A DNA stretch of 64,000 nucleotides from Chrysemys picta bellii (lineage: Eukaryota), in contig NC_088808.1 in assembly GCF_011386835.1 (NCBI RefSeq), positions 17,360,001-17,424,000 of the forward strand, read 5' to 3'. A program made the position numbers and the translations under genes. This document shows positions 1-12,480 of the stretch, piece by piece; position 1 is the stretch's first letter; each line of letters opens with the position of its first letter. The notes beneath the pieces are model-generated. The model saw nothing but the letters and a program-made list of their open reading frames with translations, was not told the DNA's origin and did no database searches.

Positions 1-172
1 CTGAGCCCCTGGACCAACTCACGATGCTCAGATATTCTATTAGTCTGTATTCTAGTAAAATAGGCCTAACAGGGCTTACTTTTTAGTTTTGGTGCATGGT
101 AAAGGAATCCTTGTAGAAGCTTGAGACAGAAGCTGAAAGCACTCATGGGTATTTCACTGGCTATTTTTGCAG

Positions 173-3100
173 GCTGCTTAATTGAAAGCCAGTATGAACC
201 AACAACTCTGCTTTTGTTGGATGCTCTCAGGATGAATCCAGAAAGACCAGTGCTGGTGAAGAATACCTGCTTGGCATTGGCAAGCCTCCTAAGGATATCT
301 GGTAACAATCCAGAAAGGTGTTTTTAACAATGGCAAGTGGGCATCAGAGGCAAACAACACTGTAAAGACTGAAGGTTCCCAGTGGGGTTGGGAGGGACGT
401 CTGCCCTCCTGGATCAGTCTTCTTTTACCTGTCGGAGAAAAACATTCAAACAAGAAAACTGGATTAGCCCCCCCTGCCCAAGAACAGAAGCATAAATGTC
501 AGAGGGAACTGGTGGATCAGCAGAGGGAGGGGGACCCTGTTGTAAACTCTATGTTTAAAATACTTCCTTGTGATGACGTTGTTCTAGTGTGTAAAAAGGA
601 TACAGCTCAAGGAGCGGTTAATGAAAAATGAACAAAGGGTATCTGGGACATAAAGAGAAGTTTTGCCTTGCAAGAAAGTGCCAGCTGCTTACACAATCCT
701 ACACATTATCTGAAGGTGCTTCAGAATAGTTTTCCAACTGGAAATCTGCCACTGCCTAGTAGCACTTGTGTCTGTCCCTCTTTTTCAGAGTTATCTGCTT
801 TCAGACTTATCGTAACCGATACAAAGGGCAGTGGAATAAGCCTGATCAAAGACTCCTACCACTTTCACTGTGATGATCCAGAAGTGGTGGAGAACATCTG
901 TATGCTGATTAATGAGATGGTTCAGTACGGTAAGGTCTTGTTGTTCTTTCTTGTCTTTGGCCAGTCCTTTTTGTTCAGACAATGCATAAAATCATAACAG
1001 CAACCAAGAATAATTCTACACTGTCAATGAGCACAGTGACTGGAAATTACTGCTTGCAGTTCCCAGCCAGATTACAATACTGTACAATAAGCTATAGCTC
1101 ACCTTCTGGGGTATGAAACCTGAAATGTTTTCAGATTCAGGTTAGGAGCTATTACGAGACTATTGCACATCTGGGGTTGCTTCTCTCCAGATCGTTCACC
1201 GTGGAAGTGTAAATAATAAAGCAGGAAAGGCAAGATGTTGCAGTTTGAATCAGAACATCTAGATAAGCATAGAGCCTTGCTTGTCTTGAGGCAGAAGAAA
1301 GGAAGGAAACAAAACTTCAGGTGTGGCCCGCCTCAGAAATAATGCACTGGCTCATTTTTATCCCACAAGTTAATAACATCCGACCCTTCCATTTAAACTG
1401 CTCGTGCCTACTAGTACTGCTTTCTGTCTGCACATTTTAAACTAGACAGTAAGCTCTTCAGGGCAGAGAGACATTCTCATGATGTGGTTAAACAGCACCC
1501 AATGCAATGGGACCCCAATCTTTGTTGTAGCCTGTGCACTCCACTGCAGAACAAGTAATTAATACAGAGGCAGAGCTCCAGGCCTCTGGGTTCCTGTGCT
1601 TGCATATCAATTGTACTAACATGCTCATTAGCATCTTATAGATGCCAAAGGAATCTTTCAATTGTCCCTTACTTGATTTACTTTAATTTCCATCTAACCT
1701 GATCCCACTTTTCCTCTTATGTTTGTTTCAAACTTCTTTATGATATTCTTGTTTCCTAACATAAGGGCCTTTCCCTCCCCCTAGTCCCTTTGGCCATTGT
1801 CAGGTGAGAGCTATGGAAGGTGAAGTATTATTCCAAGCATTGTTTATTACAGTAACTAAGATAGATTCCCCTGTTCCTTTTCATCAGATGACATAGTGCT
1901 AGAGATGATCTCCCAGGATATGAAGGAGCTGCTGACTGAAATGAAAGTCAAGTTTACATCCAGTATGGTGGGTGGAAGTCAGTGTCGTAACAAAGAGCAC
2001 ACTCAATTTGTACAAATGGTTTTATTTCTTGGCTATGGCTTGCACAAACATCAATCATTTGGAGTTGTCTGGAGATGCCACGCATCCATCTTACCCAGAG
2101 GAAGATATAGTGCAGGAATTTGTGGGGGTAGGGGCTTAGTGTGGATTCAGTGTGCAGGGTACTCTGGAGGCATGGGGACTCAGAATATTTCTAAGTGTAC
2201 TAAAAAAATAAGCAGGTGGAGCATAGTTTATCAAACTTCATGTTGAAGATACTCTTAAATCAATTAAATGTAAGTTTGACACTATTCCCGCTTCATCCAG
2301 CATTAGCCTGCATATATTTTTTATTACATTTTTCGTACCAGAAATACAGGTTAAAGTATAGAGGAACAAGACAACTATATTTCAAAGCAGAGAGGGATTT
2401 ATTGATCTATTAAATAACCCTAAAAAGCCCAAGCCACTTAATTGCGTGGGCTTACTGTCCTGGGGAATTACTTTACATTTAATTAATTAAACAGCAAAAT
2501 AATTCCCACCTTTGTTTTTCCAACACTAGAGTGACCTACACTCTTAAACCACCAAGTTATTAACATAGAGTAGTTTGCCACCAAGCATGTAGCAGTTATT
2601 TAAAAAAACAAACAACCAAAACCGATAGTCAGAGCCTCCACCCTTAAATTTAATTTGCTCATAGTTCTCTTCCTCCAGAATGTTTGCTTCATAGTACAAA
2701 GTCACTACTTTCCACAATGTTTTTCTAGCTATGATTCCCATTCCCATTAAAAACAACACATTACACATGTGAAATACCACTGAAAAAATAACAATTCTTT
2801 TATTACAAAACCTAAGAGAGGTCCTTCCCTCTCCCATTTTTCTCTTCCTCTAATCAAGACTTTTTACAAGCTAGATATTGCTTAGTGTACTTATGTACCA
2901 TGACAACTATTGCTAAATATTTAGAGCAGATTCCTGATGACCTTTTAGCATTTTTTTAAATTATTTTTAGACAGATTATATAAATTTTATAGTCTTAGAA
3001 GCCAATCCTGTAGTACAAAGGAATTACGGGTGAGAGTAAAGTGTCCGAATTAGGCCACACGTTTGCTAAAAATATTGAAATAAGTTATTGAGACCCCAAA

Positions 3101-3300
3101 ATGCAAATGAGATATACTGTCTGAACTCCTATAAAAGGACATATATTAAATACAGAATAGATTTTTGTACCATAGTTATTAATTGTCTCTTTACACTGTA
3201 AAGTAAAAACCAGGATAAACTTGTATTTAACAGTTTTCACATTTCTCCCCAGGAGATAATTACCCTTGTGGATTCAGCACTTTTGAAACTGCAGAAGTAA
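173..3300 (+). CDS. STKLD1: Serine/threonine kinase-like domain-containing protein STKLD1, 3' part only (last 4 coding exons; gene starts upstream of the window)
   Basis: Exons 173-301, 789-929, 1888-1967, 3253-3300, all AG/GT bounded and in phase. They translate to GCLIESQYEPTTLLLLDALRMNPERPVLVKNTCLALASLLRIS / ELSAFRLIVTDTKGSGISLIKDSYHFHCDDPEVVENICMLINEMVQY / DDIVLEMISQDMKELLTEMKVKFTSSM / EIITLVDSALLKLQK*, resembling the human STKLD1 C-terminus. Tail-to-tail with REXO4 as in human. Confidence 0.9.
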
Positions 3301-3584
3301 GGTAAAAGCTGTTCTCTACATACAAGGCTTGAAGTCTTCTGATTCAGGTAGACATGATTGATTCCTTCAGAAGTATTTTAAAAAGATTTTTCTCCCCAGA
3401 AGGAGATACTACCTGTATTATATAGACATCATCTGCTTGAACATATTCCATTGTATTCTTTACAAAGAACCACTTTGACTACTGACAATATTGAGAGTCT
3501 GACAGCAGTGTTATTTTCGGAACCTGTCTTACTTTGTGGATTTTTGAACTACATTTAATGTATACTATACTTTCCTAAAAGATT

Positions 3585-3590
3585 AATAAA
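3585..3590 (+). promoter_or_regulatory. Candidate poly(A) signal of STKLD1
   Basis: AATAAA about 285 nt after the STKLD1 stop codon. Confidence 0.6.
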
Positions 3591-3636
3591 AATCACACTA
3601 AGGTCTACAAGCTTGGAGTTAAGTGAGCTTTATGTA

Positions 3637-3642
3637 TTTATT
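3637..3642 (-). promoter_or_regulatory. Candidate poly(A) signal of REXO4
   Basis: TTTATT on + (AATAAA on -) about 270 nt after the REXO4 stop; a second copy lies near 3664-3669. Confidence 0.55.
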
Positions 3643-3911
3643 GAGCTTTTAGTCCATGGATTATTTATTTGGAGCATAACAGTTTCTTTTCAGGATTAGC
3701 TCTACCTCAGCAGTTCGTGAACAGATTCCTTGTAATGGACTGTTCACAGCTATTAGTTTATTATGCATGACTGATTCAAGGATAATACAACTGGCAAGAG
3801 AAAAAAGCCATCATACAACGTCATAGGAATCTAGTCACCATTTGAATCTAGTAAATGCTGCACAGCAGAAAATGACAGGATAGAATAGTTGACGTTTTAG
3901 AATTTATTTTT

Positions 3912-5247
3912 CTACAGTTTAGCTTTGGCTTTGATAGCTGCTTCCCACTGCTTTTTCACTAGCGTGTATAGTCTCATAGCTGCCTGCGCATCCTGAATCT
4001 GGAAGACAATGAAACAAGCCGCAGGTTAAAGAAAGAAAGCAGTAAGTTGCTGTAGGATCATTGTTAACGGTAGTCACATCCTCGCATCCATTTCATTTCC
4101 CAAAGAAAAGTAAACCTTTTTAATTTCACTTGATGTTTCTCTTGATGCTGAAATAATTCATGTAAGAGAACACTTAATTTAGCTGATGGGAAATTTCCAT
4201 ATGGTTAGTGTTCATGAAAATAGGTGATTAACGCTATTGGTATGAAGCAGGTAAGGACGGTACAAGCTTTCCTCAGACTGGTATTGCACATTGATATGCT
4301 GAGTAAAGATTACCAAATCTCATGAGTACAGAGACGACAATGAGGTTATACTTCTAGGGTCCCAGAGCCTAAAGCCCAATGCACTGTTGATCCACCCATA
4401 AATACATTTTCCCCATGGGTTTACGTACTGAACAGTGCTCCGATGTCTGCACTTTCACATTCAGCAGTTTCTCACAAAGCAGTTTTAGAGATGGACGTCC
4501 ACTCTAGAGGCAAAAACAAGAGAATCACAGAGTTGTTACGCCAACAATGAAATTAAATAGCATCTCCTCCGTTGCACGAAGGACACAATTATTCAAGCTA
4601 AATCCTGCAGTAAGGTTTTAGTTTAAGAATACCCATTAAACCATAGTGTGTGTAAGTTTCTACAGATGAATTGGTGAGACAGATGTCATTTGTCAGGTTA
4701 CTGAGAGATCTATTCAAACCTCCACTCTTGTAAATCCCTTCAGCATTATAAGAATGACATAGACAGTGATATCACTTACAGCAGCACATATGACTATAGC
4801 CTCATCAACCATGGCTTTTTTAAGCTTTTAGTGAGAGGGAGAAAGGAAAAATTCGGTGTCTTGTTTTGAAATTTAAAATATTACCTGTCACTTCTAAGGT
4901 AAACCTTTGGAACTTGCGTGACAGATGTTTCCAGTCAGGAAGGTGAGCTAACAATATCACTAAATAGAAGAACCCAGTATTTTCTATATATAGATCCATA
5001 TTATCTTATTTGACTTCCCAGAAAGATGATAGAAAGACCCACGTTCCTGTTTTGAGTTCCAGGAAATGGGAAAGCCAATGAATTTGCTGTGCATGGGTAT
5101 TACTGGTAATCTTGATTGGCAGTAAGTTACTTAGGACTTTACACATTCCAAACACTGTATAATAGGTTTGGCAGAATTCAATTTTTTAAAATAATTTTTA
5201 GTAATAAAAATCAATGTTTATTTTAAGCTTTTTAAAAATTTGTATAC

Positions 5248-5279
<32 letters not shown>

Positions 5280-8200
5280 GGGATCAGACAATTATTTAAT
5301 GGCCGTACATGTTGAGATTCAAAAAAGTTAAAGCTTTATAACCATTAAAACATAAATTGTCACTATCACATGTCAAAATATACAAAGTAAATTCAGGGGA
5401 GTCGCATCTTACGCGGGGGTTAGGTTCTAAAGACAGCACGTAAGGCAAAAATCGCGTATAGTCAAACGCTCATTGAGTGGAATGGCGGGTGGAATCGCCT
5501 GCACAACAGGTACAGTATTAAATTGTTATTTTTCTCTTTTTTGTTTTGTTTTGCCGAGCGCATATAGTTAAAATCGCGTAAGTTAAATGCGCCTATGATA
5601 CGACTCCACTGTATCCTTAAATCAAACTCTAAAGTTCTTAAATAGCATTTTTCTTCCTTTGCTTATCTGTAAATTTCAGTTATTGATGGAAATATTTTTT
5701 CAGTTTGTCTGTCCAGTGAAATCGAAGTTTACCGCTATTTACTGAAAAAATCGAATCCTTCCAAACCTATGTCTAAATACATTAAACTAGCTAACTTTCA
5801 TAAATGACAATGCGTCACATACCCTCATTTTACATAAAGACAGTTAAAGCAGAGAGGTGAAGGGACTTGCCCAAGCTCGTACAAAGAGTCAGTGGCAGAA
5901 CCAGGACTGGAGACTAAATGTGCAGGGGGGGAATCATTCCTCTAGATCTTGTTGCCTTGCACTAGCACTAAATGTTAGTGAATCAAGATACTATTTTCTC
6001 AACATTTCTTACTTTGACTTCCTTTCTGAAAGGTTTGTATCTTTGTGTGTCCCGAATTTTCTTTTTAGGATGATCAAGAAACAGGATCTGAAAGAAAAAT
6101 ATTTCCATTGTAAAGAATGCAGTAGCAGGATACTTCATACAGCAGAGTGCACCACTCCCATCAATTCAAAGGCATTCACAACGTGAACAAGTGCGATTGC
6201 TACAGTAAGAGCCCCAACCAATTTGTGTAACCTGGCTCAGATGGTGCCATCTTCGGGAGGTGCTGCCTGTGGAGCTTGTATGCCCCAGCACGGAATACTC
6301 CAGTCTGATGCAAGTAGCCGAGTGTCTCTGTATTAATGATGCCACTGGCCTCACTGTAGAACTTCACAGACTGTGCTTTGGCCTTCCCTGAATATGCAAA
6401 TAACCTGAGCAACCTGCTGATTCCTAGACTAGAAGGAAATGTTAAAACTATATAAAATGTGCCATGAGAGCCTTAATGTCCATAAAGAGCAGATAAAAAC
6501 AGAAGATCCCAAGGTCTCATCTGAAAGACTCAGTCATTGGATAGCTTGAATGATGCTGTACTTTAACCTACTCTGGAATGACAAAAGACTGAATGGACCA
6601 GCTGCAATCTGAACCTATGGTTCCAGAGAGGGGAGGTGTTTTAACCTGATGCTTCAGCTAACATTCTGGGGTGACAAGTCAGTCACTGAAGATGGGGGCT
6701 TCAAAGCAATAAATATCTAACCACGTACCTTTAAGTCATTGTGGACAGCATGCCCAACTAAAATCCTTCCTCTCAAGATGTCAGCCACCTCCTTCTGAAC
6801 ACTTTTAAACTCCGCTCCTAAAAATGCAACACATTCTCAGTAAGAGACAAAACAAAACTCAAGTTTGAGACAGCATTAGGAAGTGGAGTATTTTATGTGG
6901 CAGGCACTTCCTTGGGACCCAAGGTATTGGAGAATGCAGAATTCTTGTACACAGTAATCCCCAGCTTGCTCATAACTACAGACTCGAAGATGGCAGAACA
7001 AGCACACACGCGAACAAAAATAGCAGTCAATCGAGAAACAGACTTCTACTTATTGGCCTAAGATCACCCTTGCATTTTTGTAGGCAATGATTACAGAAGT
7101 TACACTCTACTAGGGGCAATAATGATCACTCTGCAAGAAAGCGTCAAATGTATTTTGATTCATGATCTATTGTAGAGTTCCCTTTCATTTAGATATTTTA
7201 GGTTGTGCTGAGATTGCGATTGTTTGTTTTATTTCCTACACAAAAATAGAATTAAACAGGCCCCAAAATAGCTTAGCAGTAACTCAGTCAGGGATGTTTC
7301 TGTGGTGCTCAACTGGATCCTCTCTCTTAAGGAATGTGCTAGGAAAGATCACTCACCTTTCTTTATGTCCTTGGGCCGTATGCCGCTAACAGCTGTCCTG
7401 TAATCGGTCACTTTTTCTGTAGGCTTGACATATTTGTCATAAATACACTTTCCAAATTGGTTCACCATGGATACACGAGCCAGGATGCTGTCTTCACCCT
7501 GGGGCCCCACTCCCACCATCTCACAGTCCATGGCTACAGCTTTTGTCAGCCTAAAAGAGGATACCAGAGTTAGAAAGCCTTTGCTGTGATCATATACTTC
7601 TAGATGTACAAGTTAGACACCAGTTAAAACAAATGGGGCACTTAACATCTCAGAGTAGTTTCAGTCTGTTTGCAGACTCAGGAAGACATCAGTTTACACT
7701 CTGTTTGTGTTTGGAAGCCACAACTGGAAGAAAGAGAAAATGTCTGACACCTCTCTATACCGTATATACACTTTACGTTAGAAATACAACCTACCCTGCA
7801 AAAGCCTTTTCTTTAACCAGCACCTGTTCCATAGATAGCGGTGATTTGCCTTCTTCAATTCCCATATTTCTTCTAGCAACTTTTGCTGCTTCAGGTCCGA
7901 TTGCTGCTTCAATATCCTCTGGATCTACACCATCAAACCAGATGTCGGCCCTGCCAGGCAAAGATAAAATTACATTGTAACATGGTTTTAAAAATGTACT
8001 GTCTAAAAGGCCGGTTTATCTCTGACAGTTTGGCTAAGCCTGTTTATAAAAGCAAGGAGTCAACTAATTAGTATAAATCAGTGCCAACTAGTCCAACAGT
8101 CAGATGCTGTAGACCACGTAGTTTTACTCAAATATCAGAGGACTTGGGTTAGTCTGTCCCATATGGCTAGCCTGGAAAGTGTGGAATTATTTTTACCGTA

Positions 8201-10642
8201 ATCTTATACGGTGTTCCTCAGGGTACACAATATAAGATTAGAAGTATCTGTGTCTGAACTTCTGTCCAGCCACACAACCAATCTATTCCCCTGTCCATTC
8301 TGCCCCTTCAGGTACCAGTGATTTCTTAGTTCCCAGGTCTAAATCTGCTGGTCACCAGGTGCTCTTCCACCAGTCTTTTCCTCTCCTTCAGCATTTCAGT
8401 GGAGCTCTTTCAAGACTGCAGGTTTTCTTTTTTCATTCATGTCCAGGGCCAAGATTTGTGGATTTCTTTTCCCTAAACCTTTTAGTTTATGATAGCTTGG
8501 GATGTTTGTATGAACAGGCACCTCCAAAACAGGGCTATGGTACAGAAATCTGTCCGTTCAGGTGGGAAGGGAAGAGAAACATCTCTACTGTAATAGATGA
8601 GATGCAGGTTTCATTTTCAACCCATGTCTCTTATTCCCTGGGTGGATAAAGTAGGAAGTGCTATTGAGGCAAAGCACTGGCAAAGTGCAAAATATCTTGC
8701 ATTGCCAAAAAGCTGCCTCCTCTGGTCATTAAGCAATGGTCCTAACACCCTTGAAGGCAGTGTACCTTGCCCCCCGCCCCAGGTCTGTGCCCCTGATGCG
8801 GACAGGGGTAACGGGGCTGAGGCTGGGGCCACAGCTGAGGGCAGGGCAGGAGCAGAGCTGGGTTTCGTTCCCTCCCTGTCCCCATGGGGGCTAGCCCGGG
8901 CTACAGTCATGCCCCCCCCCCCAATGTGGGGTGTGCGCCCCACAGTTTGGGACCCTCTGCTCTAAGGGGAACCATGTAGTGTCCATGAAGATAGCTGCAA
9001 TAACTGACAGCCTGTACAGTAGGGAAGACGTGACATTTTAAGGGGAGGTGGTATAAGGAACAAAGAGGGTCTTCCTCCTTTGAGGAAAAACACAGCGTTG
9101 CATCACCCTCGGTCTCAAATTAATCAACTGCAATTAGAATAGTTACAGCCACCTACATATGTAAACATGGGGCCTGAAATACTCACTCTGCTAGCGGCTG
9201 CTCCGTGTGCTCTTCAGCTTTCCTCCTCTTATGTTTTATGTCACCTTGTTCCTTCTCAACATTGCCATTTTTTCTTTTCTTGTGCTCCTTTCTGTTTCCC
9301 TTGCCATCACTCGAATTCTTGTCAGATGCAATTCTCTCTGATTTCGGGATAGCCAAAGGAACACAAACTTTGGCAGGATCACTGTCCATCTTGTTTACAG
9401 ATTTGAATTTTCCCATATTCCCACCTCCATTTATAGCTGGAATTCCTTTGACGTTTCCCTTTTTGATCGTGAGCTTCTTGGAATATGTTTGGGATACAGG
9501 AAGGGACTTATCCAAGCTGGTGGCCTTTTGTTTCAGCAGCTAATATGACCCAAAGAAACCCCACAGAATTTACTGTAGCATTAAACTTTGAAGTTTCCCA
9601 CTCGTCCCCACCCCAACCCACCAACACCGCATTTACATTCTCTCTTGTGAATTTACTACTCAATTTCCATGCATGTCCAACCCTGGAGTTGGAAGTTCTA
9701 CATGTACCTACAATAAGGTACAAATGTAGGCAATAGTCATGCAAGATTCCTCCATACTGAGCCCCACCATTTCAAGGGGTGAAAGAATAGTTCATTCTCC
9801 ATGGTCCATTAAGTCACTGATCTCTCTTCTGACATTACTGAGAAAGGGGCCAATAAATGCCAACAATTTGAGTGATATGGACACCTATCTATTATTAAGA
9901 ACTGGACAAGTTTTTCTTGTACAACGAAAACTGCAGTTTTCAGTCAATTTCAAATTGAATCTTTAAGTCTCCTTACACACTCCTCTTCCTCAATCATGCC
10001 TACAATAGGTTAATACTGATAACAGTACTATTATAATTCTCAAATCAGACCAGAAAAAAGAGGCTGTGAAACTTACTAGATACCCATGGACCAAGGTATT
10101 TCAGATACTTATTTCCACTTCTGGATAATTCCATAATTTGACTACTGAACCAGCAAAGCATTTTTTGTTTCAAGAGTTCACAGCAAGCTTTATTTGCATA
10201 AAACATGCTGTGACCACTTAGCCAAAACACTCCTCAACATGTCATGTCTTTATATACAGTAGCTAAGTCTACAATTCAAAAGAAAGACAACGCACTGAAC
10301 TAACACCTGTGGGGATCTCAAACACTCAATCCCCCTTGCAGATTTTCACTAGAACCTAACTGTTTATGGGTTACCCCACTGGGGCATGGTACTAAACTCC
10401 TTGATGTCACTGTCACTGACCTCTTGCAGGGTCTTCCAGTTAGAGGAGAACTCCTGAGGAGCTTTTGGGGGCAGCACTCCCACAACTTTGGTGTCCTTTT
10501 GTTTTTTCTTTCCGATCTGCTTGACTTTGTTTTTCCACAATACTTTTTTCTTGTTGTTCCTGTGCTGTTTTTTTAGATTCTCAGGTTTAGCGGTGGGGAT
10601 GCTTGTTGAAGCTTTTGACTCTCTGGTCTTTATTTTAGCCAT
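3912..10642 (-). CDS. REXO4: RNA exonuclease 4 (DEDDh 3'-5' exonuclease), 416 aa
   Basis: Coding exons (minus strand) 10642-10421, 9539-9187, 7950-7795, 7550-7357, 6817-6729, 6087-6013, 4503-4429, 3998-3912; total 1251 nt, in frame. Motifs: [34 protein letters not shown] (ExoI), [11 protein letters not shown] (ExoII), [15 protein letters not shown] (ExoIII). Confidence 0.97.
5163..5769. mobile_element. hAT-like MITE in a REXO4 intron, interrupted by a Tigger-like MITE
   Basis: Terminal inverted repeats TAGGTTTGGCAGAATTC / GAATCCTTCCAAACCTA; AT-rich interior; TSD degenerate. Confidence 0.6.
5394..5611. mobile_element. Tc1/mariner (Tigger-like) MITE nested in the hAT-like MITE
   Basis: TIRs CAGGGGAGTCGCATC / GATACGACTCCACTG followed by TA; CpG-rich interior against an AT-rich host. 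Confidence 0.7.
5827..5960 (-). mobile_element. CORE-SINE (MIR-like) fragment
   Basis: Reverse core motif GAGAGGTGAAGGGACTTGCCCAAG...AGTCAGTGGCAGAACCAGGA. Confidence 0.6.
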
Positions 10643-11029
10643 TCTGTCATCAGAAATCAATCACACTTCGAAAGCAACAACCATTTCTGTCAATAAGATG
10701 CATAAATCATATGTTATAGGAATATATATTTTTTAATTTGTTTGCCACACCAGCTAATGCTTATAAAAGGTATTGGTGAAATAAGCCTGGATGCAGACAG
10801 TCTCTGTTTATCCACAGAAGAGACACAACATGGGCTTTGCACTTAGTCTGCAGGGAAGTCGGTGTATAATAAGGCGTTTACAGAAATACACAGCAAGTGA
10901 CAGTTTGCTTTGCTTTGCATTCACCTAGAGAGCAAAACCTTGATAATCACACACTCTGGATTTGAAATATGGTTTATGGGTGATCACTTCCCTGTGGTTT
11001 CCATACAGATAAGCCTTCTATGACACCTC

Positions 11030-11440
11030 TCCCTCACCCCATAGCCAGGGCTCGCCAGCCCCTGAGTACCACGCCAACCCCACCCACAGAGACCTGTCCC
11101 CCCCAGGGAGTGCCAGCCTCAGCCTGGCACCGCACCCCCAGCAAGTCCCACCCGGGAGTGGCAGCCCCGCCGCCCTGCCCCGCGCCCTGCAGACCCCGGC
11201 CACTCACTGCCCGCTCGCGCTGCAGCGCCGGGACCCCGGCCCACGTGCGCCTGCAGCGTCTCCACCTCCGCCCCTCGCCTCCCAGCGCCGCCCGGAAACC
11301 GCTCCGAACGGCCGCCGGCGGGAAACACGCACCGCGCCGCGCCGCGCCGCTCGGCCCCCCCGGGCCGGGGACACGGGGTGCAGAGCGCGCTGGGGAATGG
11401 GACTGGAGGCGTGGGGGGTTGGGCACGGCTGGGGGATGAC
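11030..11440 (-). promoter_or_regulatory. CpG island / probable REXO4 promoter and non-coding first exon
   Basis: Very GC- and CpG-rich block; CCGGAA (ETS-like) near 11292 and GGCGGGAAA (E2F-like) near 11317; minus-strand donor CA|GTGAGT puts a likely exon end at 11208. Confidence 0.75.
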
Positions 11441-11880
11441 TGTTGGGGTGCACGGGGGTTGTGGGGATCACTGTTGGGGTGCACCGGGGTTTGGGAACGG
11501 CTAATAGGGGTGCACTGGAGGAGATGGGGACTGCTATGAGGAGTGCACCATGCTTTGGGGACTGCAGTGGGGGTGCACTGGAGCATATGGGGTACTTAGG
11601 GTGACCAGATGTCCCGATTTTATAGGGACAGTCCCGATTTTTGGGTCTTTTCTTATATAGGCTCCTATTACCCCCCCAGCCCCTGTCCCAATTTTTCACA
11701 TTTGCTGTCTGGTCACCCTAGGGGGACTAGCATTAGGGTCCACTGGGGTATGGGGACTGCTATGAGGAGTGCACCAGGATTTGGGGACTGCAGTGGGGGT
11801 GCACTGGAGCATATGGGGCACAGGCGTTACCATGAGGGTGCACTGCAGCATGGGGATTGCAGTGGGGCTGAGAATGTGTT
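11430..11880. repeat. Degenerate G-rich minisatellite (about 30-bp units, GGGGACTGC...GGGGTGCAC)
   Basis: Repeated units; a block of about 65 bp (11516-11591) recurs almost exactly at 11751-11818. Confidence 0.75.
11597..11720. mobile_element. hAT (Tip100-like) MITE
   Basis: TIRs TAGGGTGACCAGA / TCTGGTCACCCTA; 8-bp TSD GGGGTACT / GGGGGACT (7/8 match). Confidence 0.9.
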
Positions 11881-12480
11881 TGAGGGGGTCATCTGGTGTG
11901 TGTGTGGGTGCAATTGAGAGGAGCACAGCAGGATGAATATGGGGTGCACAGAAGAGGGAAGATTAGCTGGGGGTTCAACCCAAAGAAGAGGGGTGTGGCA
12001 TTAGGGACACAGAACTAGCTCCCCTGTAATATAATTGGCAGATAGCACAGACCCATTTTGCAGTGTTACTGCTCTTGGGAGTGTTTTGGGTAGGATGCAC
12101 TTGGAAGTCCTGATAAACCTATACAACATGCTACCATTTTGGAAAAACATCATGTGACATCGAAATACCATTGGCCTGTAAAACTATATGTTAGTGTAAT
12201 GATGTTTCACAAATTCCCTCCACCCCAACATGACTTGATGACTTGTAAACAGGGTCTTGCAAGCACCTGTGAAAATTATTGTTAAGCGTACAAGTAGGCA
12301 GAATCATCCTGTGAAAATTGACATTTCCTCAGAAGTGTGTGTGTGTATGTGTAGGCCACCCAACAAAGAATATAGGCCATACTTACGGGATGGGGAACTC
12401 TGTACTGGGAAGCAGTGACTCTGAAAAAGATTTAGGGGTTGTGATGGATAATCACTGAACATGAGCTCTAAGTGCAACAT

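Noticed and set aside
11430-11880. CRISPR-like repeat-spacer array
   Set aside because: Degenerate tandem units without unique spacers, in a vertebrate genome with no cas genes.
11018-11926. Overlapping ORFs of 100-220 aa around the REXO4 promoter
   Set aside because: Low-complexity G/P/A/R translations expected from a CpG island, minisatellite and MITE; no recognisable domain.
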